IMG/VR virus record: IMGVR_UViG_3300049732_000090
Location: 1-39,362 of that record
From: a virus
Taxonomy: Duplodnaviria > Caudoviricetes
Strand: one strand, 5' to 3'
DNA: 39,362 nucleotides
Shown here: piece after piece, positions 1 through 9,305 of the stretch
Layout: each line of letters opens with the position of its first letter
How positions within the stretch are numbered: position 1 is the stretch's first letter
The notes under the pieces: generated by a model
Seen by the model: the letters and a program-made list of their open reading frames with translations, nothing else
Told to the model about the DNA's origin: nothing
Databases searched by the model: none
Program-made: the position numbers and the translations under genes

Positions 1-240
1 CTCCTCGACGGCCAGATCGCGCACGGCAACCATCCGGTGCTGGCGATGTGCGCCGCCAACGCCATCGTCACCACCGACCCGGCCGGCAACCGCAAGCTCG
101 ACAAGGCAAGGGCGACCGGCCGCATCGACGGGCTGGTGGCGCTGGCCATGGCACGGGCGGTCGCCGGTACGTTCGAGGTAAAGCCGCAGCCGACCTATCA
201 GGTGGTCTTTTCAGGAGGTGGTCATGGATCGCGCCTATAG
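1..240 (+). CDS. terL: Terminase large subunit, C-terminal end (5' truncated by the window)
   Basis: Frame is open from base 1: LLDGQIAHGNHPVLAMCAANAIV..DPAGNRKLDK..ATGRIDGLVALAMA, typical C-terminal nuclease motifs of HK97-like terminases; directly upstream of the head genes. Confidence 0.9.
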   Translation, partial: LLDGQIAHGNHPVLAMCAANAIVTTDPAGNRKLDKARATGRIDGLVALAMARAVAGTFEVKPQPTYQVVFSGGGHGSRL

Positions 241-2152
241 CGTGCTTGAAGTCAAATCGATCGAGGACGACAAGCGGGAGATCCGCGGCATTGCGACGAC
301 GCCGACGCCGGACCGCATGGGCGACATCGTCGAGCCGCTGGGCATCACCGCCGCCGCCGACCTGCCGCTGTTGCACCAGCACGATGCCAAACGGCCGGTC
401 GGCCGGGTGAAATTCTCCAAGGCGACCAAGGACGGCATCGAGTTCCACGCCAAGCTGGCCAGGGTCGACGAGCCTCGGCAGCTGAAGGACCGCATCGACC
501 TTGCGTGGGGCGAGGTGAAAGCCGGCCTGGTGCGCGGCGTGTCGATCGGCTTCAAGGCGCTGGAGACCGCGCCGCTCGATGCCAAAGATCCGTGGGGTCC
601 GCAGCGCTTCGTCAAAAGCGAGGTGCTGGAATTGTCCCTGGTGACGGTGCCGGCCAACGCCGACGCCACGATTACCCAAATCCGATCCATCGACGAGGCG
701 CAGCGGGCCGCGACCGGCCGTGAGTTGCGCAGCGTCACCACCCGGCCCGGCGTTGCGGGCGCAACTTCGAAAGCAACGACGATGACGAAGACGCTGGCAG
801 ACCAGATCGCCTCCTTCGAGGCGACACGGGCGGCAAAGGCCGCCCGACAGAACGAAATCATGAACAAAACCATGGAGGAAGGCCGCACCACCGACGAGGC
901 CGAGCAGGAAGAATTCGACACCCTGCAAGCTGAAATCGGCGCCATCGATGCTGACCTTGCCCGCTTCAAGAACCTCGAGGCGACCAACCGGACGCAGGCG
1001 AAAGCGGTGGAGCAGACGCCACCCGCCAGCCGCGCCCCGGTGGTCGACGCCCGGCCCTATGCGGCGCCGGTGCAGCTGAAGCAGGAGCTGCCCAAGGGCA
1101 CCGCCTTCACCCGCTATGTGATGGCGTTTGCCAAGGCGCAGGGCAATCTGATGCAGGCGGCCGAGCTTTCGAAACAGTGGCGGGACTCAACACCGGAAGT
1201 CGAGACGGTGCTGAGGGCGGCGGTGACCGCCGGCACCACCACCGACGCCGACTGGGCGGCGCCTCTGGTGGCTTACCGGCAGATGGCCGACGAGCTGATC
1301 GAACTGCTGCAGCCAGCGACCATCATCGGCCGCATTCCCGGCCTGCACCGGGTGCCGTTCAACGTGCGCATTCCCAGGGTGACCCAGGATGCGCTGGTGA
1401 ACTGGGTCGGTGAGGGTCTGGCCAAGCCGGTCGGCGAGATGAAGTTCGATGCCATCACGCTGGGCGTCAACAAGGTGGCCGGCATCGTGGTGCTGACCGA
1501 GGAACTGGTCCGGCTGTCGACGCCGTCGGCGGAAGCCACGGTGCGCCGCAACCTGGTCCAGGTGATCACCAAATTCCTCGACCAGCAGTTCATCGACCCG
1601 GCGATTGCCGCCTCGGCCGGCGTCAAGCCCGGCTCGATCCTCAACGGCATTTCGGCGATTCCGTCGTCCGGAACCAGCCTTGAGGACGCGGTGGCCGACA
1701 TGCAGGCGCTGCTCGGCGCCTTCACCACCACCGGGCTGAACTTCGGCTCAGCGGCGTTCATCACCACGCAGACCATTGCCATGCAACTGGCCTCGCTCAG
1801 GAATCCGCTCGGCCAGCCGGAATTCCCGTCAATGTCGCCGACCGCTTCCACCGGCGGCTCGCTGATGGGCATTCCGGTGATTGCCTCGCAGTCGGTGCCG
1901 ACCGGCATTCTGGCGCTGGTCGATGCCAACTACATCCTGCTCGCAGATGACGGCATGGTGACCATCGATCTCAGCCGCGATGCAACGCTGACGCTGGATT
2001 CGGCGCCGACCAACCCAGCGACGGCAACCTTCTCGCTGTGGCAGAACAACTGCGTCGGCATCCGTGCCGAGCGGTGGATCACCTGGCGGCGTGCGCTCGA
2101 TGGCGCCGTCGCCTACATTTCCGGCGCCGACTATACGGGTGCCGTCGCGTAA
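224..2152 (+). CDS. Prohead protease fused to HK97-fold major capsid protein
   Basis: AGGAGG at 213-218 before ATG 224. N-terminal protease motifs (GIATTPTPDRMGDIV, LLHQHD, GVSIGF, ELSLVTVPANADA), a coiled-coil scaffold-like segment, then capsid motifs (WVGEGLAKP, KVAGIVVLTEEL, SLWQNN..GIRAERWI). Confidence 0.92.
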   Translation: MDRAYSVLEVKSIEDDKREIRGIATTPTPDRMGDIVEPLGITAAADLPLLHQHDAKRPVGRVKFSKATKDGIEFHAKLARVDEPRQLKDRIDLAWGEVKAGLVRGVSIGFKALETAPLDAKDPWGPQRFVKSEVLELSLVTVPANADATITQIRSIDEAQRAATGRELRSVTTRPGVAGATSKATTMTKTLADQIASFEATRAAKAARQNEIMNKTMEEGRTTDEAEQEEFDTLQAEIGAIDADLARFKNLEATNRTQAKAVEQTPPASRAPVVDARPYAAPVQLKQELPKGTAFTRYVMAFAKAQGNLMQAAELSKQWRDSTPEVETVLRAAVTAGTTTDADWAAPLVAYRQMADELIELLQPATIIGRIPGLHRVPFNVRIPRVTQDALVNWVGEGLAKPVGEMKFDAITLGVNKVAGIVVLTEELVRLSTPSAEATVRRNLVQVITKFLDQQFIDPAIAASAGVKPGSILNGISAIPSSGTSLEDAVADMQALLGAFTTTGLNFGSAAFITTQTIAMQLASLRNPLGQPEFPSMSPTASTGGSLMGIPVIASQSVPTGILALVDANYILLADDGMVTIDLSRDATLTLDSAPTNPATATFSLWQNNCVGIRAERWITWRRALDGAVAYISGADYTGAVA

Positions 2153-2165
2153 GTCTCCCTCGCCT

Positions 2166-2227
2166 GGCGGCGCGGCGGTTCCCCTCTCCTTCCACCGCTG
2201 CGCCGTCCCTTTCGGAAAGGATTTTTT
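2166..2227 (+). terminator. Post-capsid stem-loops, possible attenuator or mRNA stabiliser
   Basis: GGCGGCGCGGCGGT (2166-2179) pairs with ACCGCTGCGCCGTC (2194-2207); followed by a CCTTT/AAAGG mini-hairpin and T6 (2222-2227). Confidence 0.45.
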
Positions 2228-2231
2228 GATC

Positions 2232-2489
2232 ATGGTTTCGCTGATCGCGAAGGCCGCCATGCGGATCGGCGGCAAGGTGGTGAAGGCGGGTGACGGCTTT
2301 GAGATCGACGAACGTTATGCGCGGACGCTGATTGCCACCCGCAAGGCGGCGCGGGCGTCCGACAAGCCGGTCAAGGGCAAGGCCGAAACGAAGGCGGAAG
2401 CCAAGGCCGACGCCAAGGTCGAGGTCAAGGCTGAAAGCAAAGAGAACAAAAAATACAAGACGCGGCATCTGAAGGCCGACGACGAATGA
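2232..2489 (+). CDS. Small basic head-associated protein
   Basis: GAAAGGA before ATG 2232; Lys/Ala-rich; ends KYKTRHLKADDE; stop overlaps the portal start (ATGA). Confidence 0.75.
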   Translation: MVSLIAKAAMRIGGKVVKAGDGFEIDERYARTLIATRKAARASDKPVKGKAETKAEAKADAKVEVKAESKENKKYKTRHLKADDE

Positions 2490-3892
2490 ACATTTTCGGG
2501 CTGTCGATCACCCGCGCGGTGCGGCCTGCGCTGCAGCCGGCATCAACCTGGGGCGGCGTCGGCTCCGGCCGCGGCTGGTGGCCGCTGATGGTGCGCGATC
2601 ACTATCCCGGCGCATGGCAGGCGAACGACGAAATCCGCGTCGGTGATGTTTTGTCCTACTGGGCGGTGTTTTCCTGCGTGACGCTGATTGCCTCCGACAT
2701 CGGCAAGTTGCGGGTGAAACTGGTCAGCCAGGACGGCAACGGCATCTGGTCGGAGACAGAAAGCCCGGCTTTCTCTCCGGTGCTGCGCAAGCCGAACCAT
2801 TACCAGACGCGGATCAAATTCTTTGAGCAATGGGTGACCTCGAAACTGGTGTGGGGCAACGCCTATGTGCTGAAGGAACGCGACCAGCGCGGCGTGGTGG
2901 TGGCGCTCTATGTGCTCGATCCCTGCAAGGTGACGCCGCTGATCGCGCCCAACGGTGATGTTTACTACGATCTGCGCCGCCATGACCTGGCCGGGCTGGA
3001 GCGGGACGAAAACATCACCGTGCCGGCGCGCGAGATCATCCACGACCTGATGGTGCCGCTCTACCATCCGCTGGTCGGCGTGTCGCCCATTTATGCTTGC
3101 GGTCTCGCCGCCCTTCAGGGATTAAGAATCCAGGACAATTCGGTCAATTTCTTCACCAACAATTCGCAGCCGAGCGGTCTTCTGCTGGCACCCGGCGCAA
3201 TTTCGGACGGGACAGCGGATTTCGTGAAGAACAGATGGGAGGAAAATTTCAGCGGCGCCAACTATGGGCGGGTCGCCGTGCTGGCCGACAATCTGAAATA
3301 CGAGCCGATGACGATTAATGCCGTCGATGCGCAACTGACCGAGCAGCTCAAGATGACAGCCGAAACGATTTGCGCCACCTTTCACGTGCCGTCCTATATG
3401 ATCGGCGCTGCTGCGGCACCCAGTTACAACAACATTGAGGCGCTATCGCAACAGTACTATTCGCAGTGCCTGCAGTCGCTGATCGAGAACCTGGAACTCT
3501 GCCTCGACGAAGGGCTGGCGCTGCCGGTGCCATACGGCACCGAATTCGATCTTGAAGGGCTGCTGCGGATGGACACCGCTGCCAAGGTGAAGGCGGCGGC
3601 CGACGCCATCGGGGCCGGTTTCCTGGCGCCCAACGAGGCGAGGAAATCGTTCGACCTGACGCCGGTGAAGGGCGGCCAGACGCCGTACCTGCAGCAGCAG
3701 AATTTTTCGCTCGCCGCATTGGACAAGCGGGATCGGGACGATCCGTTCGCCAAGCCGGAACCGGCACCGGCCGCGCCGCCGACGGACGAAAAGACTGAGC
3801 CGGGACCGGTGCCGCCGCCCAACAAGGCGATGATCATTGCGGAGCAAATGGCTGCGCTAGCTGAAATGAAGAAAGGTTTTGCCAATGCTTGA
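2486..3892 (+). CDS. Portal protein, HK97 family
   Basis: AVFSCVTLIASDIGKL, LRKPNHYQT, GNAYVLKERD, GVSPI, ICATFHVP, PNEARKSFDL motifs. Confidence 0.93.
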   Translation: MNIFGLSITRAVRPALQPASTWGGVGSGRGWWPLMVRDHYPGAWQANDEIRVGDVLSYWAVFSCVTLIASDIGKLRVKLVSQDGNGIWSETESPAFSPVLRKPNHYQTRIKFFEQWVTSKLVWGNAYVLKERDQRGVVVALYVLDPCKVTPLIAPNGDVYYDLRRHDLAGLERDENITVPAREIIHDLMVPLYHPLVGVSPIYACGLAALQGLRIQDNSVNFFTNNSQPSGLLLAPGAISDGTADFVKNRWEENFSGANYGRVAVLADNLKYEPMTINAVDAQLTEQLKMTAETICATFHVPSYMIGAAAAPSYNNIEALSQQYYSQCLQSLIENLELCLDEGLALPVPYGTEFDLEGLLRMDTAAKVKAAADAIGAGFLAPNEARKSFDLTPVKGGQTPYLQQQNFSLAALDKRDRDDPFAKPEPAPAAPPTDEKTEPGPVPPPNKAMIIAEQMAALAEMKKGFANA

Positions 3893-4310
3893 TGGCAAGG
3901 CGTTCGGGGCAGAAGTCGTCGAGACGGTCAAGACCTATGTTTCACGGGTGATGCAACCAGTGGAAATTCGGCTGGGCATTCTGGAAGGGCGCGAGATCCC
4001 GAAAGGCGAAAAGGGCGATTCCGGTCAAGACGGCAAGGACGGTCGAGATGGCCGGGATGCCGAGACCGAGGCACCCGACGAGGTGGCTGATCAATTGAAC
4101 GGCGCGCTGAAGCTGCTGGCGGCGCAGCCGGACATGGCCAGGCATGCCGGCGGCAGCGTGCTTCAGATGCCGTCGATCGAACTGCCGGCGCCGGTGGTGC
4201 ATGTGCAGATGCCGGAACCGCCGCCGAAAAAGCGGCTGAAGACGATCGTCAAGGCGCACGACGCCAATGGTCGCATTACCGAACTGGAACAGGTCGAGGT
4301 CGATGACTGA
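3885..4310 (+). CDS. Post-portal protein, N-terminal part with short collagen-like repeat
   Basis: MLDGKAFGAEVV start; G-X-Y run GEKGDSGQDGKDGRDGRD; overlaps the portal end. Confidence 0.7.
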   Translation: MLDGKAFGAEVVETVKTYVSRVMQPVEIRLGILEGREIPKGEKGDSGQDGKDGRDGRDAETEAPDEVADQLNGALKLLAAQPDMARHAGGSVLQMPSIELPAPVVHVQMPEPPPKKRLKTIVKAHDANGRITELEQVEVDD

Positions 4311-4548
4311 TTTTGCCGAAATGGCGGTCGGCCAGGTGACGGTGGCGACCACCGACAACGGAGGCCATTCTCTGGAATATTTCGCTGGCCGCATCGTCGA
4401 GCGGCTGATCCTGGTGGCCGAATCGGCGCCGCAGCCGATTCGCGATCAGGCCTTTGCCTATCGCGAACAGATGCTGGTGATCGTGCTCGACGGACTGAAA
4501 CGGGCGCAGGCCTCCGACCGCGCCTATTTGATCAATGGAAAGGGATGA
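4303..4548 (+). CDS. Conserved hypothetical phage protein
   Basis: ATG 4303 overlaps the upstream gene; TTDNGGHS..IVERLI.V.ESAPQPIRDQAFAY resembles a small protein common in aquatic phages (from recall). Confidence 0.65.
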   Translation: MTDFAEMAVGQVTVATTDNGGHSLEYFAGRIVERLILVAESAPQPIRDQAFAYREQMLVIVLDGLKRAQASDRAYLINGKG

Positions 4549-4551
4549 CCG

Positions 4552-4983
4552 ATGGCGATAACGCAAGCGGTGGCAAACACATTCAAGCCGGAACTGATGC
4601 AGGCGCTGCACAATTTCACGCTGACCACCGGCAACGTCTTCAAAATCGCCATGTACACGAGCAGCGCAACGCTCGGTGCCGGAACGACGGTCTACAGTTC
4701 TTCGAACGAGGTCACCGGCACCGCTTACGTGGCCGGCGGCAATACGCTCACCAATGTGACGCCGACGCTTGCCACCAATACCGGCATCACCGATTTCGCC
4801 GACACCACCTGGTCAACCTCGACCATCACCAACGCGCGCGGCGCGCTGATCTACAATTCGACCAACGGTAACCGGGCGGTGGTGGTGCTGGACTTCGGCG
4901 CCGACAAGTCAAGCTCGGCGGGAGATTTTACCATCCAAATGCCGGCACCCACCGACACCACGGCGATCATCCGGATTGCATGA
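4552..4983 (+). CDS. Putative virion structural protein (MAITQA... family)
   Basis: Thr/Ser-rich beta protein: FKIAMYTSSATLGA.TT.YS..NEV.GT.Y.AGG.TL...ARGALIYNST...AVVVLDFG.DK....GDFTIQ.P; AAAGGGA RBS. Confidence 0.8.
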   Translation: MAITQAVANTFKPELMQALHNFTLTTGNVFKIAMYTSSATLGAGTTVYSSSNEVTGTAYVAGGNTLTNVTPTLATNTGITDFADTTWSTSTITNARGALIYNSTNGNRAVVVLDFGADKSSSAGDFTIQMPAPTDTTAIIRIA

Positions 4984-6300
4984 ATGGCAAATGTCTATGT
5001 CTATTCAGGCGCGGCAGGGGGTGGCACTGGCGCAGACTGGGCGAATGCTTACACGACCCTGTCAGCGGCATGCACTGCCAAAGTGGCAGGCGATACATTC
5101 TGGGTCGCGCATGATCATGCCGAGACGGCGGCGTCTAACGTGACCATCACATCACCCGGTACCGAGGCGACTCCGTGCCGCATTTACTGCGTCAATCGCG
5201 CCGGTAGCGTCCCGCCTGTATCGGCAGATTTGAGGACGACAGCCACGGTGACGGTGACAGGAGCCAGTACGCTTTCGCTTGCCGGCTCAATCGCTGAATG
5301 CAATGGCATCACCTTTCTGGCAGGTAGTTCAACGAATTCAAACACTCTGACTGTCAGCAGTTCAGGATCTCGGACGTGGCAACTTGTGAATTGCGCGTTA
5401 CGGTTGGGCGGAACAGGCGCCTCTGGACGCATTACTATCAGCACTGGGGCCTCTGCAGTTTTTCTGGAAAACACAACTGTTCAGTTTGCCAATGTCAGTC
5501 AGCGGCTTCTCTGCCAGGGCCGCATGATTTGGCGCAATACGGCATCCGCTGTCACCGGAGCTACAATCCCGACAGAATTGATGTCGTTCACCGGTTCGTT
5601 CACCGGTTCGTTTTACGGCGAAGGTATCGACCTGAGCGCTCTGGGTTCCGGCAAGTCGCTAGTCAGAGTTAGTGAGCTGGTTCCCAATCAAGCCATCTTC
5701 AAGGATTGCAAGCTCGGCGCATCAGTAACGGTCGCCGCCAATAATACGGTCGGCCCAGGCGGTGTCGAGGTGGCGCTGATACGCTGCGCCAGTGGCGACA
5801 CCAACTATCGTACCGAAAAATACACTTACGCTGGCACGCAAACCACTGAAACGACCATCGTGAGGAGCGGCGGAGCATCGGATGGTACGACACCAATCAG
5901 CACCAAGATCGTCACGACGGCGAATGCCGAATGGGAATTTCCGTTCGAATGCCTGCCGATCACAATCTGGAACGAGACGGTCGGCTCTGCTGTCACGGCG
6001 ACGATCGAAGGTATTTGGGGCACGGCTTCGGTGCCACTGAACAGCGACATCTGGATCGATGTCGAATATCTCGGCACCTCGGGGTTTCCTCTTGCATTGA
6101 AGGCGACCAGCGGCAAGGCGAGTGGACTTGCGGCAGGAACCAATATCCCGGCCGGCTCTGGCACTTGGGGCGGCTCGACCACCAAGTTCGCGATGAGCGT
6201 CACAATCACACCACAGGAGAAGGGACCGATCACAATCTACGTCAAGGCCGCCAAGATATCCTCGACATTCTATGTCGACCCCAAGCCGGTGATCACCTGA
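4984..6300 (+). CDS. Putative fibre/spike protein, beta-helix-like
   Basis: N-terminal YVYSGAAGGGTGADWANAYTTL motif typical of pectin-lyase-like folds; Ser/Thr/Gly-rich; visibly more A/T-ending codons than neighbouring genes. Confidence 0.65.
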   Translation: MANVYVYSGAAGGGTGADWANAYTTLSAACTAKVAGDTFWVAHDHAETAASNVTITSPGTEATPCRIYCVNRAGSVPPVSADLRTTATVTVTGASTLSLAGSIAECNGITFLAGSSTNSNTLTVSSSGSRTWQLVNCALRLGGTGASGRITISTGASAVFLENTTVQFANVSQRLLCQGRMIWRNTASAVTGATIPTELMSFTGSFTGSFYGEGIDLSALGSGKSLVRVSELVPNQAIFKDCKLGASVTVAANNTVGPGGVEVALIRCASGDTNYRTEKYTYAGTQTTETTIVRSGGASDGTTPISTKIVTTANAEWEFPFECLPITIWNETVGSAVTATIEGIWGTASVPLNSDIWIDVEYLGTSGFPLALKATSGKASGLAAGTNIPAGSGTWGGSTTKFAMSVTITPQEKGPITIYVKAAKISSTFYVDPKPVIT

Positions 6301-7025
6301 TGAGCCGCGAATACATCATTGGCGGGCCGTTTGGCGCGACATACGTCAGTGAAACCGCCGATCGTGAATTCAGTACGTCCGTCAGCTATGTCGCCGAGAC
6401 AAGCAGCGCTGGCGCTGTTTCAGTTACTGTCGCCGTCACCACCAATCTGGTCACCGCCTCAGTCGGCGATGTTTCGGCTGGCGTCAGGGCGATCGTTTCC
6501 GTCACCGGCGAGCAGATCGGCACCTCGGCGGGCAGTGTCAGCGTGGTCGGCAAGGCCAACGTTTCCGTCACCACCAACCTGCTGACTTCTGCAGTCGGTG
6601 ACGAGACCGTCGCAGCGGTCCAGACCGTCGTTGTCCCGGTCACCACCAATCTGCTGACCGCATCGGTCGGCACGGTTTCGGTAACAGCGAAGCAGGCGGT
6701 GACGGTGGCAGTCACCGGCGAGCAGCTGACAACAACCGTTGGCGGCGTTTCCGTCATGGCCGGCGGCTCGATCTCGGTCGGCGTGGCTGGCCAAGAACTC
6801 ACCACCGCAGTCGGGTCAGTCTCAGTCGCCATCGGCGTGCCGGTGCCTGTTCCCGAGCCGGATGACGGCGTCATCTTCATCGAGACTGAACCGCGACAGG
6901 TTCGCGCCTGGGTTCCGGTCCATGGCGTCCAGCTGAGGGTGCGCTGCGGCACCGTGAAGGTGCGGACGGAAAGCTTCGACCCGGTCGACATCGACAACGA
7001 TCTTGTCCTGCTAATGGCGGCATGA
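6300..7025 (+). CDS. Val/Thr-rich repeat protein (putative fibre shaft)
   Basis: ATG overlaps the TGA at 6300; six 22-24 aa repeats V.VT(TNL|GEQ)LT..VG.V.V. Confidence 0.7.
   Translation: MSREYIIGGPFGATYVSETADREFSTSVSYVAETSSAGAVSVTVAVTTNLVTASVGDVSAGVRAIVSVTGEQIGTSAGSVSVVGKANVSVTTNLLTSAVGDETVAAVQTVVVPVTTNLLTASVGTVSVTAKQAVTVAVTGEQLTTTVGGVSVMAGGSISVGVAGQELTTAVGSVSVAIGVPVPVPEPDDGVIFIETEPRQVRAWVPVHGVQLRVRCGTVKVRTESFDPVDIDNDLVLLMAA
6435..6830 (+). repeat. Six degenerate coding tandem repeats (66-72 bp period)
   Basis: Units begin at about 6435, 6501, 6567, 6639, 6711 and 6783 (GTCACCACCAAYCTG or GTCACCGGCGAGCAG; last unit more diverged). Confidence 0.8.
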
Positions 7026-7032
7026 GAGAGCC

Positions 7033-7440
7033 ATGAAACCTCGCTACACGATCTGGGAGGCGATCAGCGTATCGGTCGCTCTGGGCACCCGCGCCCTTGA
7101 GGAGATCCGCGCCCTGGCGCGACTGCCGGGACCGGCCGGCAAAGATGGCCAGGACGGTCTGGGGGTCGAAGATATGGACTGCGAATACGACGGTCACCGC
7201 ACGGTGACGGTGCGCTTTGCCCGCGGCGATGTGCAAAAGAGTTTCACGTTTGTCATCCCGGTGCCGATCTACCGCGGCGTCTACCGGGAGGCCGACAGCT
7301 ACCAGCGCGGCGACATGGCGACCTTCGGCGGCTCGCTGTGGCACTGCAATGCCGATACCGGCGACAAGCCGGGCGACGGCTCGCCAGTGTGGACACTGGC
7401 CGCCAAGCGCGGCCGCGATGCGCAGCGAGTAAAAATATGA
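7033..7440 (+). CDS. Post-portal protein, C-terminal part (collagen-like repeat plus small beta domain)
   Basis: PGPAGKDGQDG; IYRGVYRE..SY.RGD..TFGGSLWHC...T.DKPG.....WTLAAKRGRD. Confidence 0.75.
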   Translation: MKPRYTIWEAISVSVALGTRALEEIRALARLPGPAGKDGQDGLGVEDMDCEYDGHRTVTVRFARGDVQKSFTFVIPVPIYRGVYREADSYQRGDMATFGGSLWHCNADTGDKPGDGSPVWTLAAKRGRDAQRVKI

Positions 7441-7775
7441 ACGAGTTCCTGACGCTGGCCGACGCCAAGCGGCATCTGCGCGTCGACCACACGGACGACG
7501 ACGCCGACATCCAGTCGAAGATCGGCGAGGCTTCAGAGATTGTGCTCGACTACTGCAAGAAAACCGTCGGCACGCTGGATCCGGAAGATTCCTCGATCGT
7601 CGACTGGGCCGAGGGCAACCTGCCCGGTGCCGTCAGGGCGGCGACCGAGCTGGTGCTGTCGAAACTCTATGACGACCGCAATGCCGGCCGCGAGGACAAT
7701 GTGGTGGCGATGGGCTACCTGACGCCGGCGGTGACGGCGCTCTTGCACCGCTACCGGGATCCGGCGCTGGCCTGA
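7437..7775 (+). CDS. Head-tail connector (HK97 gp6 / SPP1 gp15-like)
   Basis: LTLADAKRHLRVDHTDDD...AS..VLDY...VRAA...LYDDR...LLHRYRDPALA. Confidence 0.88.
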   Translation: MNEFLTLADAKRHLRVDHTDDDADIQSKIGEASEIVLDYCKKTVGTLDPEDSSIVDWAEGNLPGAVRAATELVLSKLYDDRNAGREDNVVAMGYLTPAVTALLHRYRDPALA

Positions 7776-7783
7776 CCAAAACA

Positions 7784-8143
7784 ATGGAAAAGCTCAACCA
7801 GACCGGCGCCGGGCGGCTTTACTACCATGTCGCCTTCGACGAGCGGCAGGACGAAGAGGACGAATATGGCAATGTCGTGTCAGGCTGGATCGAGCGCTTC
7901 CAGCGGCGGGCCGAATTCCGCACCCTGCCCGGCTCGGAAACGGTGCTGGCGGCCAGGCTGCAGGGGCGCCAGCCGATGATGATGAACGTCCGCATCGACA
8001 GCCAAGTGGCGCTGGTCGGCAATGACTGGCAGGTGCGCGATGTCCGCAACGGGCTGGCCTACAACATCCGCGACATCCGCCGCGACAATTCGAACCGCGC
8101 CATGATGGTGTTCATGATCGAAGGAGGCGTAGCGACCGGCTGA
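7784..8143 (+). CDS. Head closure / head-tail adaptor (SPP1 gp16-like)
   Basis: AGRL...VAF....DEYGN...W; GSETVLAARLQG.QP; YNIRDI; follows the connector gene. Confidence 0.8.
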   Translation: MEKLNQTGAGRLYYHVAFDERQDEEDEYGNVVSGWIERFQRRAEFRTLPGSETVLAARLQGRQPMMMNVRIDSQVALVGNDWQVRDVRNGLAYNIRDIRRDNSNRAMMVFMIEGGVATG

Positions 8144-9117
8144 TGGCAAGTTTCCTCGCACCGCCGCCTGGCTTCGTCGATGTCGAACAGGATTTTGTTG
8201 CCGATCTCGTCGCCTATTCGGCTGATGTCCGCTGGCGCACCGAGCAGGGCGGCATCGTCGCCTCCAACGGCATGCACATAAAAACCGATGGCGAGGCGCA
8301 GCGGAAGATCGGGCAATTGCGGCTCAGGACCGAGCGCGGCGAAATCCCGGTGCCGTTCAACTTCAAGGCGTTCAACGGCTGGCTGATGATGGACCAGGCC
8401 AACCTCGCCATCATCGATGCCGACATGGCGGCGCATGTGCGGCTTTGCTACGAGGCCGAGCGCAAGCTCTACGACCTGATCGTTGGCGGGGTGGTGACGA
8501 CCGAGCAGCAGGTTTCCGAATATTACCGGACCTTCTGCTTCGAGCCTTACGAGCCGATGACGATCGAAAGCCTGGCGCCGACCGAATATCCGGCCGATGG
8601 CGCGGAACCGCTGGTGCTGACGGTCAAGGGCACCAATTTCTGCGGCCTGGGCCAGATCCTTTTCGATGGCAAGCCGGTGCAGACCTATCTGATCTCGCTC
8701 ACCGAGCTGCGCGGACTGGTCCTTGACTTCAAGTCGAAGGTCGGCGTCATCCCAATCCAGATCGAGCACCCCGGCGATATCAAGTCCAACATCGTGAACT
8801 TCACGGTTACTGCCGTCGGTTCGCCGATGCCGGACCCGGAGCCGGTGCCGCCGCAGCCGGTCATTTCCTCACTGACGCCGAACACGGCGCGCTTCGATAA
8901 GGTCTGGGCGGCATCGATCAACGGCTCGTTCTTTGTCAACGGCGCCGTGGTGTCGATCGGTGGCACGCCGGTGACGACCACCTTCGTCAATGCCAGTCAG
9001 GTCACGGTATCGGCGCCGAAGAACCTGTTCCAGACAATTGGCGCGACGTTTCCGGTGACGGTGACGAATCCGGACGGTCTGATGTCGAACGCCATGACGC
9101 TGACGGTGGTGGCTTAG
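8143..9117 (+). CDS. DUF4376-like domain plus two IPT/TIG Ig-like domains
   Basis: RWRTEQGGI...IKTD..AQ..I...FKA.NGW..MD.......AAHV..CY.AE, then two Ig-like units (IESLAP..LTVKGTNF; PVISSLTP..INGSFF..VTVTNPDG..SN). Confidence 0.7.
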   Translation: MASFLAPPPGFVDVEQDFVADLVAYSADVRWRTEQGGIVASNGMHIKTDGEAQRKIGQLRLRTERGEIPVPFNFKAFNGWLMMDQANLAIIDADMAAHVRLCYEAERKLYDLIVGGVVTTEQQVSEYYRTFCFEPYEPMTIESLAPTEYPADGAEPLVLTVKGTNFCGLGQILFDGKPVQTYLISLTELRGLVLDFKSKVGVIPIQIEHPGDIKSNIVNFTVTAVGSPMPDPEPVPPQPVISSLTPNTARFDKVWAASINGSFFVNGAVVSIGGTPVTTTFVNASQVTVSAPKNLFQTIGATFPVTVTNPDGLMSNAMTLTVVA

Positions 9118-9305
9118 TGGCCTGCGTCGGCTGCCAGAAGCGGCGCGAGCAGATCGCCAGGTTGACGGCCAGCGTCGGCACCATCGTCTTTGGCCGCAAG
9201 CGGCGGCTGGCCGATTTTTCCGAGGAGGCCGCCACAGGCGTGGCCAAGGAAAGCGATGAACCATTGAGACGAGGAACTGTGCCATCCGAAGCCCGGCCGC
9301 GTTAG
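9117..9305 (+). CDS. Small hypothetical protein (MACVGCQKRRE)
   Basis: GTG overlaps the upstream TAG; CxxC at the N-terminus. Confidence 0.5.
   Translation: MACVGCQKRREQIARLTASVGTIVFGRKRRLADFSEEAATGVAKESDEPLRRGTVPSEARPR

Noticed and set aside
6435-6830. 66-72 bp periodic repeats as a CRISPR array or DGR template/variable pair
   Set aside because: Repeats are degenerate, in-frame and protein-coding; no cas or reverse transcriptase gene in the window.
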